DNA from: Vulcanimicrobiaceae bacterium
Lineage (GTDB): Bacteria > Vulcanimicrobiota > Vulcanimicrobiia > Vulcanimicrobiales > Vulcanimicrobiaceae
Length of the DNA stretch: 43,768 nt
Assembly (NCBI GenBank): GCA_051986335.1
Contig: JBPYDW010000272.1
Span: 1-43,768 of the forward strand
Reading direction: 5' to 3'
Below are positions 42,127 to 43,768 of this stretch, one piece after another. The position numbers and the translations under genes are program-made. Each line of letters begins with the position of its first letter. Within the stretch, counting starts at the first letter, position 1. The notes under the pieces were generated by a model that did no database searches, was not told the DNA's origin, and was given only the letters and a program-made list of their open reading frames with translations.

Positions 42127-43768
42127 GTGTGGCGCTGGGTCATTTGCTGCGCAATCGTCGCTAGTGTCTATGGCGCGCGAGCCCTCGCCGGCGAGATCGC
42201 GTGGCGAAACCTGGGGCCGGCCGGCGGCGGTGGACGGGTTGCCGCGGTTGCCGGAAGCGATGCCGATGCGCTGCTGTACTATCTAGCGTCCGCGGGTGGC
42301 GGCGTATTCAAGACGACCAACGGCGGTCTAACCTGGGACGACGTATGGCCCCAATCGTCGGTTGGCGCGATGGGTGCGATCGCGATCGCTCCGTCAAATA
42401 AGAATATCGTTTGGGCGGGAACCGGAGAGTCGGCGCCGCGCAACGATGCATCCTACGGCGACGGCGTCTGGGTTACGCGCGACGCAGGCGCGCATTGGCT
42501 GCATCGGGGACTCGACGATACCTACGCCATCGCGCGAATTGCGATCGATCCCAAGAATCCGCAAGTTGTGCTCGTCGGTGCTCTCGGTAATCCATTTCGC
42601 GACTCGCGCGAACGTGGAGTCTATCGAACGACCGACGGCGGTCGATTGTGGCGGCACACGCTCTACGTCGGTCCGCAGAGTGGCGTTTCCGATTTGGCGT
42701 TGGATCGCACGCATCCCAACGTCGTTTTTGCCGGCATTTGGCAATTCCGCCGCGTGCCTTGGAGTTTCACCAGTGGCGGCTCGCAAGACGGAATATATAA
42801 ATCGACCGATGGCGGTGTCAGCTGGCGCAAGCTGGCCGGGGGCGGCCTTCCGTCGGGAATCATGGGACGGATTGGTCTCGCCGTTGCACCAAGCGACTCG
42901 CGCCGCGTGTACGCGCTGATTCAATCGCAGCGCGGCCTTCTTTGGCGAAGCGACGATGGTGGCGCACACTGGCGACTGCTGTCCCGCGACACGCTGATCG
43001 ATCAGCGACCGTTCTATATGAGCCGTCTGGAAGTCGATCCTTCGAATGAGAATCACGTTTTTCTTGCGTCGGAGAATCTCATCGAGACGCGCGACGGTGG
43101 AAAGACGTTTAGCGATATTACCACCGCCGTGCATCAGGATCATCATGGTTTTTGGATCTCGCGGAATGGGCGGCGTATTATCGACGCCAATGACGGCGGC
43201 GCACCGATCTCGGTCGACGGCGGACAAACGTGGGACTGGCGCTTCAATGTTACGCTGGCGCAGGTCTACCACGTCGGTTACAGCGAGGCGAACCCCTACC
43301 AAGTTTGCGGAGCGTTGCAGGATAACGATACCTTTTGTGGACCGTCGCTATCGTTGAGTCCGCTGGGATTGCTCAATTCCGACTGGCAAGACGTCGCTAA
43401 CGACAGCGACGGTGTTTGGGTCTGGCCGGAACCGGGCAACCCGGGTTCGATTTGGAACGTCGGCGTCAACGAGCTCAACGGACAGCTTGGCATATTCGAC
43501 CTCGCTAGCCGGCAGAATTATGACATAACGCCGGATGTGACCGACACCAACGGCCGGGCGTTGGCCGGCCTGCCGCATCGGTTCAACTGGGAAGCACCCG
43601 TCATTTTTTCGCCAAAGGTGCCGGGCGAGGCGTACTTCGGCGCTAACGTGCTGTTCCAAACCCGCGATCGCGGCAGAACCTGGGTGGCGATCAGCCCCGA
43701 CCTTACCCGCAACGATCCGGCCAAACAGCAGGTCGCCGGCGGCCCGATCAACACCGACGTCTCGGGAG
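42127..43768 (+). CDS. secreted BNR/Asp-box repeat protein (sortilin/VPS10 or GH74-like beta-propeller); 3' end cut by the window edge
   Basis: Absent from the ORF track because it runs off the right edge. The GTG at 42127 directly follows the Rieske TAA stop. The N-terminus VWRWVICCAIVASVYGARALA looks like a signal peptide. Repeated Asp-box motifs are present: TTNGGLTW, TRDAGAHW, TTDGGRLW, STDGGVSW, SDDGGAHW, TRDGGKTF, SVDGGQTW and TRDRGRTW. Confidence 0.8.
   Translation, partial: MWRWVICCAIVASVYGARALAGEIAWRNLGPAGGGGRVAAVAGSDADALLYYLASAGGGVFKTTNGGLTWDDVWPQSSVGAMGAIAIAPSNKNIVWAGTGESAPRNDASYGDGVWVTRDAGAHWLHRGLDDTYAIARIAIDPKNPQVVLVGALGNPFRDSRERGVYRTTDGGRLWRHTLYVGPQSGVSDLALDRTHPNVVFAGIWQFRRVPWSFTSGGSQDGIYKSTDGGVSWRKLAGGGLPSGIMGRIGLAVAPSDSRRVYALIQSQRGLLWRSDDGGAHWRLLSRDTLIDQRPFYMSRLEVDPSNENHVFLASENLIETRDGGKTFSDITTAVHQDHHGFWISRNGRRIIDANDGGAPISVDGGQTWDWRFNVTLAQVYHVGYSEANPYQVCGALQDNDTFCGPSLSLSPLGLLNSDWQDVANDSDGVWVWPEPGNPGSIWNVGVNELNGQLGIFDLASRQNYDITPDVTDTNGRALAGLPHRFNWEAPVIFSPKVPGEAYFGANVLFQTRDRGRTWVAISPDLTRNDPAKQQVAGGPINTDVSG

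Noticed and set aside
42124-42129. Possible stop-codon read-through fusing the Rieske oxygenase to the downstream BNR protein (TAA followed in frame by GTG).
   Set aside because: The downstream protein begins with its own signal-peptide-like segment, which would make no sense inside a cytoplasmic fusion. Adjacency is adequately explained by operon packing.
42394-43302. A 302-aa minus-strand ORF.
   Set aside because: It is antisense to the BNR/Asp-box repeat gene, which shows eight clear Asp-box motifs in the plus frame.
1-43768. I looked for CRISPR arrays, long direct or inverted repeats, IS elements, integrases, prophage genes, toxin-antitoxin pairs and defence systems.
   Set aside because: None was seen. 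The PIN domain present belongs to the housekeeping YacL-type PIN/TRAM protein in its conserved operon context. I noticed no repeat longer than short hairpins by eye, though a computational self-dot-plot would be needed to be certain.

Overview
This is a densely coding, visibly high-GC stretch of bacterial chromosome with about 45 genes. I saw no transposase, integrase, CRISPR array or rRNA. Three themes stand out. (1) Isoprenoid and hopanoid metabolism. A plus-strand string runs cmk-plsC-ispH-polyprenyl synthase-giant double GT-C glycosyltransferase (4.3-10.7 kb). An eight-gene minus-strand operon runs fni-hpnC-hpnD-hpnE-shc-hpnH-hpnA-hpnG (23.1 down to 14.7 kb), with divergent hpnK-hpnI at 23.3-25.3 kb. 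ispD-ispF lie further right. (2) Two gene-order blocks that I recognise from Bacillus subtilis: prkC-rpe-thiN / rpmB / yloV...plsX, and yacL-ispD-ispF-gltX-cysE-cysS-rlmB-sigH. Their co-directional genes, from yloV to sigH, run together as one plus-strand string (25.7-36.8 kb). The prkC slot holds only a PASTA ectodomain without a kinase. The gltX slot holds only an anticodon-binding domain. The hopanoid cluster sits between thiL and rpmB. (3) A more accessory-looking right end (36.9-43.8 kb). It carries a tandem-cupredoxin lipoprotein, a [2Fe-2S] ferredoxin-like protein, an odd class-II tRNA, a secreted pentapeptide-repeat protein, a CrtI-like flavoprotein, a Rieske oxygenase and a BNR/sortilin-type repeat protein. 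Many long ORFs in the supplied track are antisense shadows or 5' over-extensions, as is typical of high-GC DNA. I re-set starts by homology logic and neighbouring stop codons, and these starts are the least certain part of the annotation. The most interesting items are the tRNA with a Tyr-like body but a UGU anticodon register, the fused double GT-C enzyme, the two domain-remnant genes at conserved syntenic slots, and the architecture and placement of the hopanoid cluster. I do not see a defence island, a mobile element or a clearly novel multi-gene system.
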